Source of the DNA: Alphaproteobacteria bacterium
GTDB taxonomy: Bacteria > Pseudomonadota > Alphaproteobacteria > GCA-2731375
Direction of reading: 5' to 3'
Assembly: GCA_965232515.1 (NCBI GenBank)
Contig: CBDDPY010000002.1
Location: 3,360,001-3,424,000, forward strand
DNA: 64,000 nucleotides
The notes below the pieces were generated by a model. That model was not told where the DNA came from. It was given only the letters and a program-made list of their open reading frames with translations, and ran no database searches. This document shows, one piece after another, positions 8,854 to 19,381 of the stretch. Made by a program: the position numbers and the translations under genes. Every line of letters begins with the position of its first letter. Position 1 is the stretch's first letter.

Positions 8854-9303
8854 ATGGTCGATATCGTGATTTTCGTCGGCACCGAGTCGGGCAACGCGGC
8901 GATGGTTGCCGACACGCTGCGCGACGAACTGGGTGACAACGGCCACGCGATCGATGTGATCGAGGACTTCGAGGCGGACCCGCCCGCCCTCGAGGCTGAC
9001 AAAGTCGTACTCTTGTGCACGGCGACGCATGGGCTCGGCGAACTGCCGGACAACATCATGCCGCTGCACGACCGGCTGACGCAGGACCGGCCCGATCTCA
9101 CCGGCATCCGCTATGGCGTTATCGCCCTTGGCGACCAGACCTACAGCGACACCTTCTGCAATGCCGGCCGCCAGATGGACACGCTGTTCGCCGAGCTCGG
9201 CGGCGCCCGCGTCGGCGAACGGCTGGAGATCGACGCCTGCACCCAGCCGCTGCCCGACGAGGAGGCCATCGACTGGGCCAAGGAGTGGGTGGCGATGTTA
9301 TAG
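8854..9303 (+). CDS. Short-chain flavodoxin (MioC/YqcA-like)
   Basis: GTESGNA FMN loop, TATHGLGELPDN, ALGDQTY..FCNAG. Confidence 0.92.
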   Translation: MVDIVIFVGTESGNAAMVADTLRDELGDNGHAIDVIEDFEADPPALEADKVVLLCTATHGLGELPDNIMPLHDRLTQDRPDLTGIRYGVIALGDQTYSDTFCNAGRQMDTLFAELGGARVGERLEIDACTQPLPDEEAIDWAKEWVAML

Positions 9304-9365
9304 CGGCGACTTTTTCGCCGGACGGCGTATGCTAGGGCACCGTCGAATCGATGCCGGGTTGGGGC

Positions 9366-12300
9366 ATGATTTTCGCGCACGAGCCGCCGGCTGAAACGCC
9401 GCCGCGGGCCGCCATATCGGCGCTTTATCGCAAGGACGAAACCGCCTGCCTGCAGGCGCTGCTGGCCGAGCTCGATCTGGCCGACGAGCAGCTCGCCGGC
9501 ATCGACGCGCGGGCGCGTTCGCTGGTGGCGGAGGTGCGCCGGCGGCGCATCGGCGAAGGCGGCATCGACGCCTTCATGCACGAGTACGACCTCGACAGCC
9601 GCGAGGGCGTGGTGCTGATGTGCCTGGCGGAAGCGCTGCTGCGCATTCCCGATGCCGAGACCGCCGACCGACTAATCCGTGACAAGCTGGCCGATGCCGA
9701 CTGGGACGCCCATCTCGGCCGGTCGGAATCGCTGTTCGTCAATGCCTCGACCTGGGCGCTGATGCTGACCGGCCGGGTGATCCGCCTCGGAAGCCTGCGG
9801 GAAGACGATCTCGGCGCCCTGCTGCGGCGGCTGGTGGCGCGCAGCGGCGAGCCGGTGATCCGCCAGGCCGTGGTCCAGGCCATGCGCATCCTGGGGCGGC
9901 AGTTCGTCCTGGGGCGCACCATCGCCGAAGCGCTGAAGCGCGCCGACGAGGCCGAAACGAACGGCTATCGGCATTCCTACGACATGCTGGGCGAGGCCGC
10001 GAAGACCGCCGCCGACGCCGAGCGCTACGCACGGGCCTACGAATCGGCGATCGCCGCCATCGGCAGGCACGCGAACGGTCGCGGCCCGATCGACGGTCCC
10101 GGCATCTCGGTCAAGCTGTCGGCCCTGCATCCGCGCTACGAGCTGGCGCAGATGTCGCGGGTGACGGACGAATTGCGGCCGCGCCTGCTGGCGCTCGCCG
10201 TCGCCGCGAAGGACGCCGGCATCGGCTTCACCGTCGACGCCGAGGAGGCAGACCGCCTCGACCCCTCGCTCGATCTGTTCGACGCGCTGGCGACCGACCC
10301 GGCGCTTGCCGGCTGGGACGGCCTCGGCCTCGCGGTGCAGGCCTATCAGAAACGCGCGCCGGCGGTGATCGACTGGCTCGCCGACCTCGCGCGGCGCGGT
10401 AAGCGGCGCTTGATGGTCCGGCTGGTCAAAGGGGCGTACTGGGACACCGAGATCAAACGCAGCCAGGAAGGCGGCTTCGCGGGCTATCCGGTGTTCACGC
10501 GCAAGCTCAACACCGATGTTTCCTACCTCGCCTGCGCCAAGCGGCTGCTGGCGGACGAACAGGCCTTCTATCCGCAGTTCGCCACCCACAACGCGCACAC
10601 GCTCGCCGCCGTGGTCGAGATGGCCGGCAACCGGCGTGACTTCGAGTTCCAGCGCCTGCACGGCATGGGTGATGCGCTCTACGCGCAGGTGGTCGGCGGC
10701 GGTCTTGGCGTCGACTGCCGGATTTACGCGCCCGTCGGCAGCCACGAGGACCTGTTGGCCTATCTGGTGCGCCGGTTGCTCGAAAACGGCGCCAACACAT
10801 CGTTCGTCAACCGCATCGTCGACGAAAAGGCGCCGATCGACGACATCGTCGCCGACCCCATCGCCAAGGCCCGCGCGCTCGACGCGGCGCCGCATCCGCG
10901 CATCCCGCTACCGTCCCGGATCTTTGGCGACGAGCGGCGCAATTCCGTCGGCCTGGACCTGAGCGACATCACGGTGCTGCGACCGCTGGCATCGGAGATC
11001 AACGCCGCGGTGGACGGCAATTGGATGGCGGCGCCATTGGTGGCCGGCGAAACCCAACCAGGCCAGGTCGCCGACGTCACCGATCCGTCGGACCGCCGTC
11101 GGATCGTCGGCGCCGTCGTCGACGCCACGGCTGAGGATGCCGCCGCCGCGATGTCGGCCGCTGCTGCAGCGGCGCCGGCTTGGGACGCGACGCCGGCCGA
11201 TACGCGCGCCGCCTGCCTCGACCGCATGGCCGACATTCTGGAACGCGATATGGCGCGCTTCATGGCGATGGCCGTGCGCGAGGCCGGCAAGACCCTGCCC
11301 GACGCCGTGGCGGAGGTGCGTGAGGCTATTGATTTTTGCCGGTATTACGCGGCCCGTGCCCGGGCCGATTTCGCCGCGCCGCTGGCGCTGCCGGGCCCGA
11401 CCGGTGAGCGCAACGAGATCGCCCTGCACGGCCGCGGCGTCTTCGTCTGCATCAGCCCGTGGAACTTTCCGCTGGCGATCTTCTGCGGTCAGGTGACGGC
11501 GGCGCTGGCCGCCGGCAACGCCGTGATCGCCAAGCCGGCCGAACAGACGCCGCTGATCGCGCACGCCGCGGTCTCGGCGCTCTACGAAGCCGGCGTGCCC
11601 GCCGAGGCCCTGCAATTGCTGCCCGGTCCGGGCGAGGTCGTCGGCGCTGCGTTGATCGCCGATCCCCGGCTGGCCGGTGTCGCCTTCACCGGCTCGACCG
11701 AGACCGCGGCCATCATCAACCGCACGCTCGCCGCGCGCGACGGACCGATCGTGCCGCTGATCGCCGAAACCGGCGGCCAGAACGCCATGCTGGTGGATTC
11801 ATCGGCCTTGCCCGAGCAGGTGGTGACGGACACCGTCGCCTCGGCCTTCCAGAGCGCCGGCCAGCGCTGTTCGGCGCTGCGCGTATTGTTTTTGCAGGAC
11901 GATGTCGCCGACAAGACTATCGACATGCTGGCCGGCGCCATGGACGAGCTGAGTGTCGGCGACCCCGCCTTGCTGCGCACCGACGTCGGCCCGGTGATCG
12001 ACAATGACGCCAGGCAGATGCTAGAAGACCACGCCGCACGCATGGACCGCGAAGCCACACTCATCCGGCAGGTCGAGATGGGGGAGGAAACCGCACACGG
12101 CACCTTCGTCGCGCCGCGCGCCTATGAGATCGACAGCCTGGACTGGCTGCACGGCGAGGTGTTCGGACCCGTCCTACACATCGTGCGCTATCAACAGTCC
12201 CACCTCGAGGCGGTGATCGACGCCATCAACGGCACCGGCTTCGGCCTAACGCTGGGCATTCACAGCCGCATCGACGCCACGGTCGAGTACATCCATGCGC

Positions 12301-12515
12301 GCCTGCGCGTCGGCAACACCTATGTCAACCGCAACCAGATCGGCGCGGTGGTCGGCGTGCAGCCGTTCGGCGGCGAAGGCCTGTCCGGCACCGGCCCCAA
12401 GGCCGGCGGTCCACGTTATCTGCACCGCTTCGCGACCGAGCGCACGCTGTCCATCGACACCACGGCGCAGGGCGGCAATGCCGCCTTAATGTCACTGGAC
12501 GACAGCGGCGACTGA
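9366..12515 (+). CDS. putA: Bifunctional proline dehydrogenase / P5C dehydrogenase
   Basis: LMCLAEALLRIPD, RLVKGAYWD, FATHN, ETGGQN, SAGQRCSA, GTGPKAGGP. Confidence 0.97.
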   Translation: MIFAHEPPAETPPRAAISALYRKDETACLQALLAELDLADEQLAGIDARARSLVAEVRRRRIGEGGIDAFMHEYDLDSREGVVLMCLAEALLRIPDAETADRLIRDKLADADWDAHLGRSESLFVNASTWALMLTGRVIRLGSLREDDLGALLRRLVARSGEPVIRQAVVQAMRILGRQFVLGRTIAEALKRADEAETNGYRHSYDMLGEAAKTAADAERYARAYESAIAAIGRHANGRGPIDGPGISVKLSALHPRYELAQMSRVTDELRPRLLALAVAAKDAGIGFTVDAEEADRLDPSLDLFDALATDPALAGWDGLGLAVQAYQKRAPAVIDWLADLARRGKRRLMVRLVKGAYWDTEIKRSQEGGFAGYPVFTRKLNTDVSYLACAKRLLADEQAFYPQFATHNAHTLAAVVEMAGNRRDFEFQRLHGMGDALYAQVVGGGLGVDCRIYAPVGSHEDLLAYLVRRLLENGANTSFVNRIVDEKAPIDDIVADPIAKARALDAAPHPRIPLPSRIFGDERRNSVGLDLSDITVLRPLASEINAAVDGNWMAAPLVAGETQPGQVADVTDPSDRRRIVGAVVDATAEDAAAAMSAAAAAAPAWDATPADTRAACLDRMADILERDMARFMAMAVREAGKTLPDAVAEVREAIDFCRYYAARARADFAAPLALPGPTGERNEIALHGRGVFVCISPWNFPLAIFCGQVTAALAAGNAVIAKPAEQTPLIAHAAVSALYEAGVPAEALQLLPGPGEVVGAALIADPRLAGVAFTGSTETAAIINRTLAARDGPIVPLIAETGGQNAMLVDSSALPEQVVTDTVASAFQSAGQRCSALRVLFLQDDVADKTIDMLAGAMDELSVGDPALLRTDVGPVIDNDARQMLEDHAARMDREATLIRQVEMGEETAHGTFVAPRAYEIDSLDWLHGEVFGPVLHIVRYQQSHLEAVIDAINGTGFGLTLGIHSRIDATVEYIHARLRVGNTYVNRNQIGAVVGVQPFGGEGLSGTGPKAGGPRYLHRFATERTLSIDTTAQGGNAALMSLDDSGD

Positions 12516-12540
12516 CCGCTAGACCGGCCCGCATCAGCCG

Positions 12541-13551
12541 ATGCGGACCCTTCCTATCAAGCCATTGTTTCGGGCGGGATGTTTGACCCTGCTGCTGCTC
12601 GCCGTATGGTCGCCGTCCCGGGCCCAGACCGTGCCGGCGCTGCCGCCGGCGGCCGTCGAGCTGATCGCTCGTGCTGCCGACCGCGGCGACGCCAACGCCA
12701 TCGTCAACGTCGTCGCTGGCGCTATTGCCGCCAACCCGGCAGCGACCGACGCCATCGTCCGGCAGGCCGTCGAGATCGCGCCGCAATACCGCGACCGCAT
12801 CGTCGCCGGCGCCAGCGCCGCGTTTCCGGGCTTTGCCACGACGATTGCCGATGCCGCGACGACGGCAGCCCCGACCGCGCCTGCCACGGTCGCGGAGCCA
12901 GAGGTGCCATGGCCGCTATCGGGCGAGATCGCGCTGGGTGGCAGCAAGAACACCGGCAACACTGAGAGCGAAGAGCTGAACGTCGCCATCAAGACGCTCT
13001 ATGAAAGCGGCAAGCTGGAGACCGAGGGCAAGCTCGACTTCGACGTCCGGCGGGAGGACGAGAACACGACGAAGCAACGTCTCGTCGTCGACCTCCAGCC
13101 GCGCTACGCCTTAAGTGAGCGTTGGTACGCCTTCGGCTTCTTCGAATATCGCGACGACCGCTTCAGCGGTTTCGAGTACGAGTTTATCGAAAGCGCCGGT
13201 CTGGGCTATCGCGTGTTCGACAGCGAACGCCTGAGCTGGGCCCTCGAGGCCGGTCCCGGCGCGCGTCAAAGCAAGGTCGAGGATACCGGCGACGTCGACG
13301 ACCAATTGCTGTTCCGCGCGGCCTCGCGCTTCGCCTGGCAGATTTCGGAAACGGCCAAGTTCAGCAACGATACCGAATTCATCGTCGACAGCGAGCGCCG
13401 GCGCACCGAAAACGAGACGGCGCTCAGCACAAAAATCATCGGCGATCTCTCGGGGCGGTTGTCGTTCGAAATCCGGCACAATTCCAATCCGCCGGATGAT
13501 AACGAAAGCACCGATACACAGACGAAGATATCGCTCGTCTACGGATTTTGA
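12541..13551 (+). CDS. DUF481-like outer-membrane beta-barrel protein with N-terminal helical extension
   Basis: Signal peptide, GNTES, DRFSG, GLGY, C-terminal LVYGF. Confidence 0.8.
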   Translation: MRTLPIKPLFRAGCLTLLLLAVWSPSRAQTVPALPPAAVELIARAADRGDANAIVNVVAGAIAANPAATDAIVRQAVEIAPQYRDRIVAGASAAFPGFATTIADAATTAAPTAPATVAEPEVPWPLSGEIALGGSKNTGNTESEELNVAIKTLYESGKLETEGKLDFDVRREDENTTKQRLVVDLQPRYALSERWYAFGFFEYRDDRFSGFEYEFIESAGLGYRVFDSERLSWALEAGPGARQSKVEDTGDVDDQLLFRAASRFAWQISETAKFSNDTEFIVDSERRRTENETALSTKIIGDLSGRLSFEIRHNSNPPDDNESTDTQTKISLVYGF

Positions 13552-13602
13552 GGCCGAAGGCGAAGGGGCGCAGCGAAACGGCCGCGCCCCCGCCAGATTT
13601 GA

Positions 13603-15795
13603 TCAGGCCTGACCCAGATCGTGCTGCGACAGCGGCAGCGACCGGATACGCTGCCCGGTGGCGTTGAAGATGGCGTTCGCCACCGCCGGACCGACGGGCG
13701 GCGTGCCCGGCTCGCCGACGCCCGTCGGCGCCGCTGTCGACGGCACGATATGCACCTCGACCTTCGGCATCTCGTCGATGCGCAGCGGCAGGTAGTCGTG
13801 GAAGTTCGACTGCTCCACGAGACCGCCGTCGAGCGTGACCGCCTCCTGCAGAATGGCGCTCAGGCCATAGCCGATGCCGCCCTCCATCTGCGCCCGAACA
13901 ACGTCCGGATTTACCGGCACGCCGCAGTCGACGGCGCAAACCACGCGCTCGACCTTGACCGTGCCATCGTCGCGGACGCTGACCTCGGCAACCTCGGCAA
14001 CAAACGAGTTGAAGGACTCGTGCACGGCAATACCGCGCCCTCTGCCCTGCGGCAGCGGCGAGCCCCACCCGGCCTTTTCGGCCGCCAGCTCCATCACGGC
14101 CAGGTGCCGCGGATGCTGCTGCAACATGCCGCGCCGGAACTCGAGCGGGTCTTTGCCTGCTGCCTCGGCCAACTCGTCGATGAAAGCTTCGGTCGAGTAG
14201 GCGGTGTGTGTGCTGCCGACGGCGCGCCACCACAGCACCGGGACCGTCACATCGGTCGTGTGCACATCAACTGTGATGTTGGGGACCTCATAGGGAAGAT
14301 TGTTCGCTCCCTCGACCGAGGTCTGGTCGATGCCGTTCTTGACCAGCGCGCCCTCGAACGGCGTGCCTTTCAGGATCGACTGGCCGACGATCCGGTGCTG
14401 CCAGCCGACGAGCTTGCCGTCGGCGTCCAGGCCCGCCTGCAGCGTGTGGTAGTACATCGGCCGGTAGCGGCCGCCCTGGATGTCGTCCTCCCGGGTCCAG
14501 ACGACCTTCACCGGCGCCCGACCGTTGATCGCCTTGGCGATGGAGACGGCCTCGCTGACCATGTCCGCGTCCGGCGTCGCCCGCCGGCCGAAACTGCCGC
14601 CGGCCAGCATGGTGTGCACCTTGACCTGCTCCGGCTTCAGCCCGGCGATGCCAGCGGCCGTCATGTGGTCGATGGTCTGCAATTGCGAGCCGGTCCAGAT
14701 CTCGCACGAGTCAGGGCCGAGCTGCACCACGCAATCGAGCGGCTCCATCGGCGCGTGCGCCAGGAACGGGAACTCATAGGCCGCTTCCAGCACCTGCGCC
14801 GCGCTCGCCATCGCCGCGTCGACATCGCCGTCCTGACGGGCGATGTCCCCCGGCTTGCCGGCGATTTGCTTGTATTCGGCCATCATCTCGGCGCTGCCGC
14901 GGCGCTCGGCGGCGCTGTCGTCCCAGGTGATCTCCAGCGCGTCCCGACCGGTCTTGGCGGCCCAGAAGCCCTTCGCCAGCACCGCGACGCCGCGCGGGAT
15001 TTCGACCACGTCCATCACGCCCTTGACGGCCTTCGCCGCCTCCGCGTTGACCGAGACCGCCTTACCGCCGAACCGCGTCGGGCGCGCGATAACGGCCGTC
15101 AGCATGCCGGGCAGCGTCATGTCGATGGTGTACTGCGCCGCGCCCCGCGTCTTGTCAGGGGAGTCGACGCGCGGCACGTCTTTGCCGATCAGCTTGAAAT
15201 CGGCCGGATCCTTCAGCACGACCTCAACCGGCGGCTCGAGCTTCGCCGCCGCGTCGGCCATCTCGCCGAACGTCGTCTCCTGACCGGTGGCCGCGTGGCG
15301 AATCACGCCGCTCTCGACCGAAATCTCGCTCGGCGGCACACCCCAATGATTGGATGCCGCGGCGACCAGCATGGCCCGCGCGCCGGCGCCGGCCTGCCGC
15401 ATCTGCGCATATGAGTTGGCGATGCTCGAACTGCCGCCGGTGCCCTGGTAGGGACCCCAATGCAGATTGTTGTAGAGCGTCGGGTCCGACGGCGAGGATT
15501 CGACGCGGATCTGCGCCCAGTCGGCATCGAGCTCTTCCGCCACGAGAGTCGCCAGGCCGGTGTAAACGCCCTGGCCGAACTCGATGTGCTTGGACAGCAC
15601 GGTGACCGTGTTGTCTGGTGCGATGCGCACGAAGGTATTCGGCACGATCTTGCCGCCGGCCGGGGCCGGCGCCGCCGCCTTCGCGGCGCGGGTCGGCAGC
15701 TGCAGGCCGATGACGAGACCGGCGCCGGCCATGGCGCTGGCCTTCAGGAAATGCCGACGGGTCGGCTGCAGGCTATGTTTCAAGTTGCCCAGCAT
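13603..15795 (-). CDS. iorB: Xanthine dehydrogenase-family molybdopterin subunit (IorB-like), Tat-exported
   Basis: TRRHFLK Tat motif, EFGQG, GGSFGRR, WWRAVG, GVGEPG. Confidence 0.88.
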   Translation of the reverse strand: MLGNLKHSLQPTRRHFLKASAMAGAGLVIGLQLPTRAAKAAAPAPAGGKIVPNTFVRIAPDNTVTVLSKHIEFGQGVYTGLATLVAEELDADWAQIRVESSPSDPTLYNNLHWGPYQGTGGSSSIANSYAQMRQAGAGARAMLVAAASNHWGVPPSEISVESGVIRHAATGQETTFGEMADAAAKLEPPVEVVLKDPADFKLIGKDVPRVDSPDKTRGAAQYTIDMTLPGMLTAVIARPTRFGGKAVSVNAEAAKAVKGVMDVVEIPRGVAVLAKGFWAAKTGRDALEITWDDSAAERRGSAEMMAEYKQIAGKPGDIARQDGDVDAAMASAAQVLEAAYEFPFLAHAPMEPLDCVVQLGPDSCEIWTGSQLQTIDHMTAAGIAGLKPEQVKVHTMLAGGSFGRRATPDADMVSEAVSIAKAINGRAPVKVVWTREDDIQGGRYRPMYYHTLQAGLDADGKLVGWQHRIVGQSILKGTPFEGALVKNGIDQTSVEGANNLPYEVPNITVDVHTTDVTVPVLWWRAVGSTHTAYSTEAFIDELAEAAGKDPLEFRRGMLQQHPRHLAVMELAAEKAGWGSPLPQGRGRGIAVHESFNSFVAEVAEVSVRDDGTVKVERVVCAVDCGVPVNPDVVRAQMEGGIGYGLSAILQEAVTLDGGLVEQSNFHDYLPLRIDEMPKVEVHIVPSTAAPTGVGEPGTPPVGPAVANAIFNATGQRIRSLPLSQHDLGQA

Positions 15796-15799
15796 CGGA

Positions 15800-16258
15800 T
15801 CAGGCCTCCATCAGCTTGGCCGCTTCGTGGATCGCGGCGCGGATGCGGACATAGGTGGCGCAACGGCAGACATTGCCGCTCATGGCGGCGTCGATGTCCG
15901 CGTCGTTCGGCTTCGGGTTCTCGGCCAACAGGGCCACGGCCGACATCACCTGGCCCGACTGGCAATAGCCGCACTGCACAACATCGAGCTTTTCCCAGGC
16001 GGTCTGCACCGCCGTCGCCGCCTTGCCGGCCACGGCCTCGATAGTGACGATTTCGGCACCCTCGAGATCGGCGGCGGCGATCGAGCACGACCGCGTCGGC
16101 ACGCCATCGACATGGACCGTGCAGGCGCCGCACAGCGCCATGCCGCAGCCGAACTTGGTGCCGGTCAGACCCAGCTCGTCGCGAATTACCCACAAGAGCG
16201 GCGTGTCCGGCTCGGCCTCGACCTGCCGCACCTCGCCGTTGAGGTTGAGTGTGATCAT
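15800..16258 (-). CDS. iorA: (2Fe-2S)-binding subunit (IorA-like)
   Basis: [28 protein letters not shown]. Confidence 0.92.
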   Translation of the reverse strand: MITLNLNGEVRQVEAEPDTPLLWVIRDELGLTGTKFGCGMALCGACTVHVDGVPTRSCSIAAADLEGAEIVTIEAVAGKAATAVQTAWEKLDVVQCGYCQSGQVMSAVALLAENPKPNDADIDAAMSGNVCRCATYVRIRAAIHEAAKLMEA

Positions 16259-16306
16259 GAATTGGCTCCTGCCATGCACGTGTGACGGGACGGCGGGGGC
16301 CGACAT

Positions 16307-16362
16307 AAAAAAGCCGGACGTCAACGAGTGCATGATCGTCAAGGATCAGGCGACGTCCGGTT
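16307..16362 (-). terminator. Terminator-like hairpin in the iorA leader
   Basis: CCGGACGTC/GACGTCCGG stem followed by a U6 tract on the minus strand, about 50 nt upstream of the iorA ATG. Confidence 0.55.
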
Positions 16363-16527
16363 CGGTAACCCCCACATTTCTACGTTCCCGACCTTGTAGG
16401 TAGAGCGGCCGGCCAGCCGATCAAGCTATATCGGAACGGCACAGAACAATTCCCGTCGCCATGCCTGGGCAGGACGAAGGCGCGAATGCTAGTCTGCCCG
16501 CCAACCAATTCAACCGAAGCAGTACAG

Positions 16528-17646
16528 ATGACCGACAGAGATCCCGACGCCATCCAGCAAGCTTGTCGACACGCCCTGTCCTATCGCCACGCGCAAACGG
16601 CGCGCCAACAGCTGAACGAGTTGGCCGATTATGTCGACGCCGAGGCAAAACCGGACTCCAGCGGCACGGGCGCGTTAATCGAGGATCTGGAGGCCCGCAT
16701 CGCGACCTTGCTCGGCAAGCCGGCGGCCGTATTCATGCCGAGCGGCAAGACGGCGCAGCTGATCACGCTCCGGCTCTGGTGCGAGCGCGCCGGCACACCG
16801 ACCATCGCCGTCCATACGCGCAGCCACATCGAGGAGGACGAGGCCCGGTCGTACCAGTTCCTGCACGGCCTGAAGTCGATGGCTCTCGGTCACCCTAACC
16901 GGCCGCCGGCGCCGGCCGATGTCGACGGCCTGGCCGGTCCCATCGGCGCCGCCGTCGTCGAGCTGCCGATCCGCAACCTCGGCTGGCGGCTGCCGTCGTG
17001 GGACGACCTGGTGACGATCTCGGAAAAGCTGCGCGGGCGCGGCATCGCCTTCCACGCCGACGCGGCGCGGATCTGGGAGATCCAGCCCTACTACGACCGG
17101 CCGCATGCCGAAATCGCCGCGTTGTTCGATTCAGCCTACGTGTCGTTCTACAAGGGCTTGAACGGTCCGGTCGGCGCGGCCATTGCCGGTCCGGACGATC
17201 TGATCGCCGAAGCGCGACTCTGGCAGCAGCGCGCGGGCGCGCGGCTGAGCACGCTGTTTCCCTATGTCATCGCGGCGAAACGCGGGCTGGACGAAAAGCT
17301 GCCGCTGATGCCGACCTACTTCGCCAAGGCGCGGGCGATCGCCGATGCGCTGCGGCCGCTGCCGGGTGTCCGGGTCACGCCGGACCCGCCGCAATGCAAC
17401 TCGTTTCAGATCGTGCTCGAAGGCGATGAATCACAGCTCGACGAGGCGCGCCTGGACGTCGCCGAGGCCACGGGGATCTGGCCGTTCCGCCGCGCCGTCC
17501 CCTCACCCATCGAAGGTCTCGCCGTGTTCGAGGTGGTGATCCTCGACGCCGCGCTGGAGCTGTCGGACGGCGAGATCGCCGGCTGCATCCAGCTATTGGC
17601 GGAACGGCTGCACGCCCGCGGCGCCGGGCTCACCGGCGCCGCCTGA
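16528..17646 (+). CDS. Low-specificity threonine aldolase family (PLP)
   Basis: FMPSG, HADAARIWE, YVSFYKGL. Confidence 0.88.
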   Translation: MTDRDPDAIQQACRHALSYRHAQTARQQLNELADYVDAEAKPDSSGTGALIEDLEARIATLLGKPAAVFMPSGKTAQLITLRLWCERAGTPTIAVHTRSHIEEDEARSYQFLHGLKSMALGHPNRPPAPADVDGLAGPIGAAVVELPIRNLGWRLPSWDDLVTISEKLRGRGIAFHADAARIWEIQPYYDRPHAEIAALFDSAYVSFYKGLNGPVGAAIAGPDDLIAEARLWQQRAGARLSTLFPYVIAAKRGLDEKLPLMPTYFAKARAIADALRPLPGVRVTPDPPQCNSFQIVLEGDESQLDEARLDVAEATGIWPFRRAVPSPIEGLAVFEVVILDAALELSDGEIAGCIQLLAERLHARGAGLTGAA

Positions 17647-17656
17647 ACAATCCGGG

Positions 17657-18142
17657 TCAGTCGCGGAAGTTCACGTACTGCAGCGGCAGCTCGTTCTTCA
17701 TGCCCTTGACCAGCTCGATGGCCGATTGCAGATCATCGCGCTTCTTGCCGGTGACGCGCAGCTCGTCGCCCTGAATCGCCACCTGCACCTTCAGCTTGCT
17801 GCCTTTGACTTCCTTGACGATCTTCTTCGATAGCTCGCGGTCGACGCCCTGGCGGACCTTCACGACCTGGCGCATGGACTGACCGGCCGCGTTCTCGGCC
17901 GTCTGGTAGTCGAGCACCCCGGCCTCGATGTCGCGGCGGGTCAGATGGCCCTGCAATAGCTCGCGCATCTGCCGCAGCTTCAGCTCGTCATCGGCCAGGA
18001 TCGTCAGCGTCTCGTCCTTGCGCTCGATGCTGCATTTGCTGTTCTTGAAGTCGAAGCGCTGCTCGATCTCGCGGCGCATGTTGTTGAGCGCGTTATCGAC
18101 CTCGGACAGGTCGGCGCGGGAAACGATGTCGAAGGACGGCAT
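17657..18142 (-). CDS. yajQ: YajQ family nucleotide/c-di-GMP-binding protein
   Basis: MPSFDIVS, RFDFK, IQGDELRVTGKKRDDLQ, NFRD. Confidence 0.96.
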   Translation of the reverse strand: MPSFDIVSRADLSEVDNALNNMRREIEQRFDFKNSKCSIERKDETLTILADDELKLRQMRELLQGHLTRRDIEAGVLDYQTAENAAGQSMRQVVKVRQGVDRELSKKIVKEVKGSKLKVQVAIQGDELRVTGKKRDDLQSAIELVKGMKNELPLQYVNFRD

Positions 18143-18206
18143 GTGATCAATCCGTGACAGTGGATGTTGCCCCGGCTTAGCCGGCGCGGGCGGGAAAGAC
18201 AAGGGC

Positions 18207-19313
18207 CTAGTCGGCAGGCCGCACGCGGCTGGGCAAACGCTGGTCGAAGGCCATCAGCACCTCGTGCGCCCGCGCGCCCTGCCAGGCGCCGACCTCCTCG
18301 AGACTGATCGATTCGCCGCCCTGCTCGCCCATGACGATGATCTCTTCGCCGAGTTCCGGCGCGTCGATGCCGGTCAGGTCGAGCTTGGTGTATTCCAGCG
18401 ACACGCCGGTCACCGGCGCGCGCCGGCCGCGCAACAACATGGCCGCCGGCGCGCCTGGCAACGGGTTGCGATAGCCCTGGTAGAGGCCGATCGGCACCAC
18501 GCCCACCGTCTTGTCCGGCCGGCCGGCGGGATGGCCGACATGGATCAGCCGGGTCCCGATCTCGCGCAGGACCGGCCGGAAGCCCGACATGTCGCCGACG
18601 CCGGGAGCCACCGACGAGACGCCGTAGAGCAGGTGCCCGGGACAGATCGCGTTCGCCGTCGAGGTGATGCCGGCGAGCAGGCTGGAGCTGGCGATGGCCT
18701 GGGTCACCGGCACCTCGAGGCCGGCGGCGGCGAGTTCGGCGAGCAATGCGTCGAAGGCGGCAATGCGTTGGCGCGACCGCTCGGCGTCATCGGCCTCAAA
18801 GAATGAGGCGTGCGTGTAGACGCCTTCGACCGCGATGTTCGGCAGGCCGGCGATGTCGAGGATGAAGGCCCTGGCATGTTCGACCGGCACGCCGAGCCGA
18901 CCCATGCCGGTATCGACCTTCACATAGACGGGCGTCGGCATGGTGGCCGCGGCCGAGACCGCCTGCGCCAAATCCATGTTGTAGACGGTCGGGATCAGGC
19001 CATGGCGCAGCAGGTCCGGCATCGCCGCCGGCAGCGGCCCGCCGAACATCAGCAAGCGCGTCTCGATGCCGGCCTGGCGCACGGCGAGCGCGTCGGCGAC
19101 CGACGCGGTGGCCAACGCGTAAACGCCGAGGTCGCCGAGCGTGCGGGCCACGTCGATGGCGCTGTTGCCGTAGGCGTTCGCCTTGATCGCGGCGATGACC
19201 TTGCCGTCAGGGCCGAAGCGGCGGCGGATCTCGGCGTAGTTGCCGGCGAGCGCGCCCAGGTCCAGTTCCATCCAGACGGGGTGCGCGGGCGCGTCGGGTT
19301 CCAGCATCGGCAT
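18207..19313 (-). CDS. Alanine racemase-fold PLP enzyme, atypical
   Basis: IKANAYG, KVDTGMGRLG, EGVYTH; C-terminal domain lacks the VGYG loop; start codon uncertain. Confidence 0.8.
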   Translation of the reverse strand: MPMLEPDAPAHPVWMELDLGALAGNYAEIRRRFGPDGKVIAAIKANAYGNSAIDVARTLGDLGVYALATASVADALAVRQAGIETRLLMFGGPLPAAMPDLLRHGLIPTVYNMDLAQAVSAAATMPTPVYVKVDTGMGRLGVPVEHARAFILDIAGLPNIAVEGVYTHASFFEADDAERSRQRIAAFDALLAELAAAGLEVPVTQAIASSSLLAGITSTANAICPGHLLYGVSSVAPGVGDMSGFRPVLREIGTRLIHVGHPAGRPDKTVGVVPIGLYQGYRNPLPGAPAAMLLRGRRAPVTGVSLEYTKLDLTGIDAPELGEEIIVMGEQGGESISLEEVGAWQGARAHEVLMAFDQRLPSRVRPAD

Positions 19314-19381
19314 GGCCTCGTTTGCGGCGTCGCCCACTATATGCCACCGTTCGGGCGTCAGGGTCACGTGGGGAGGCGGTG

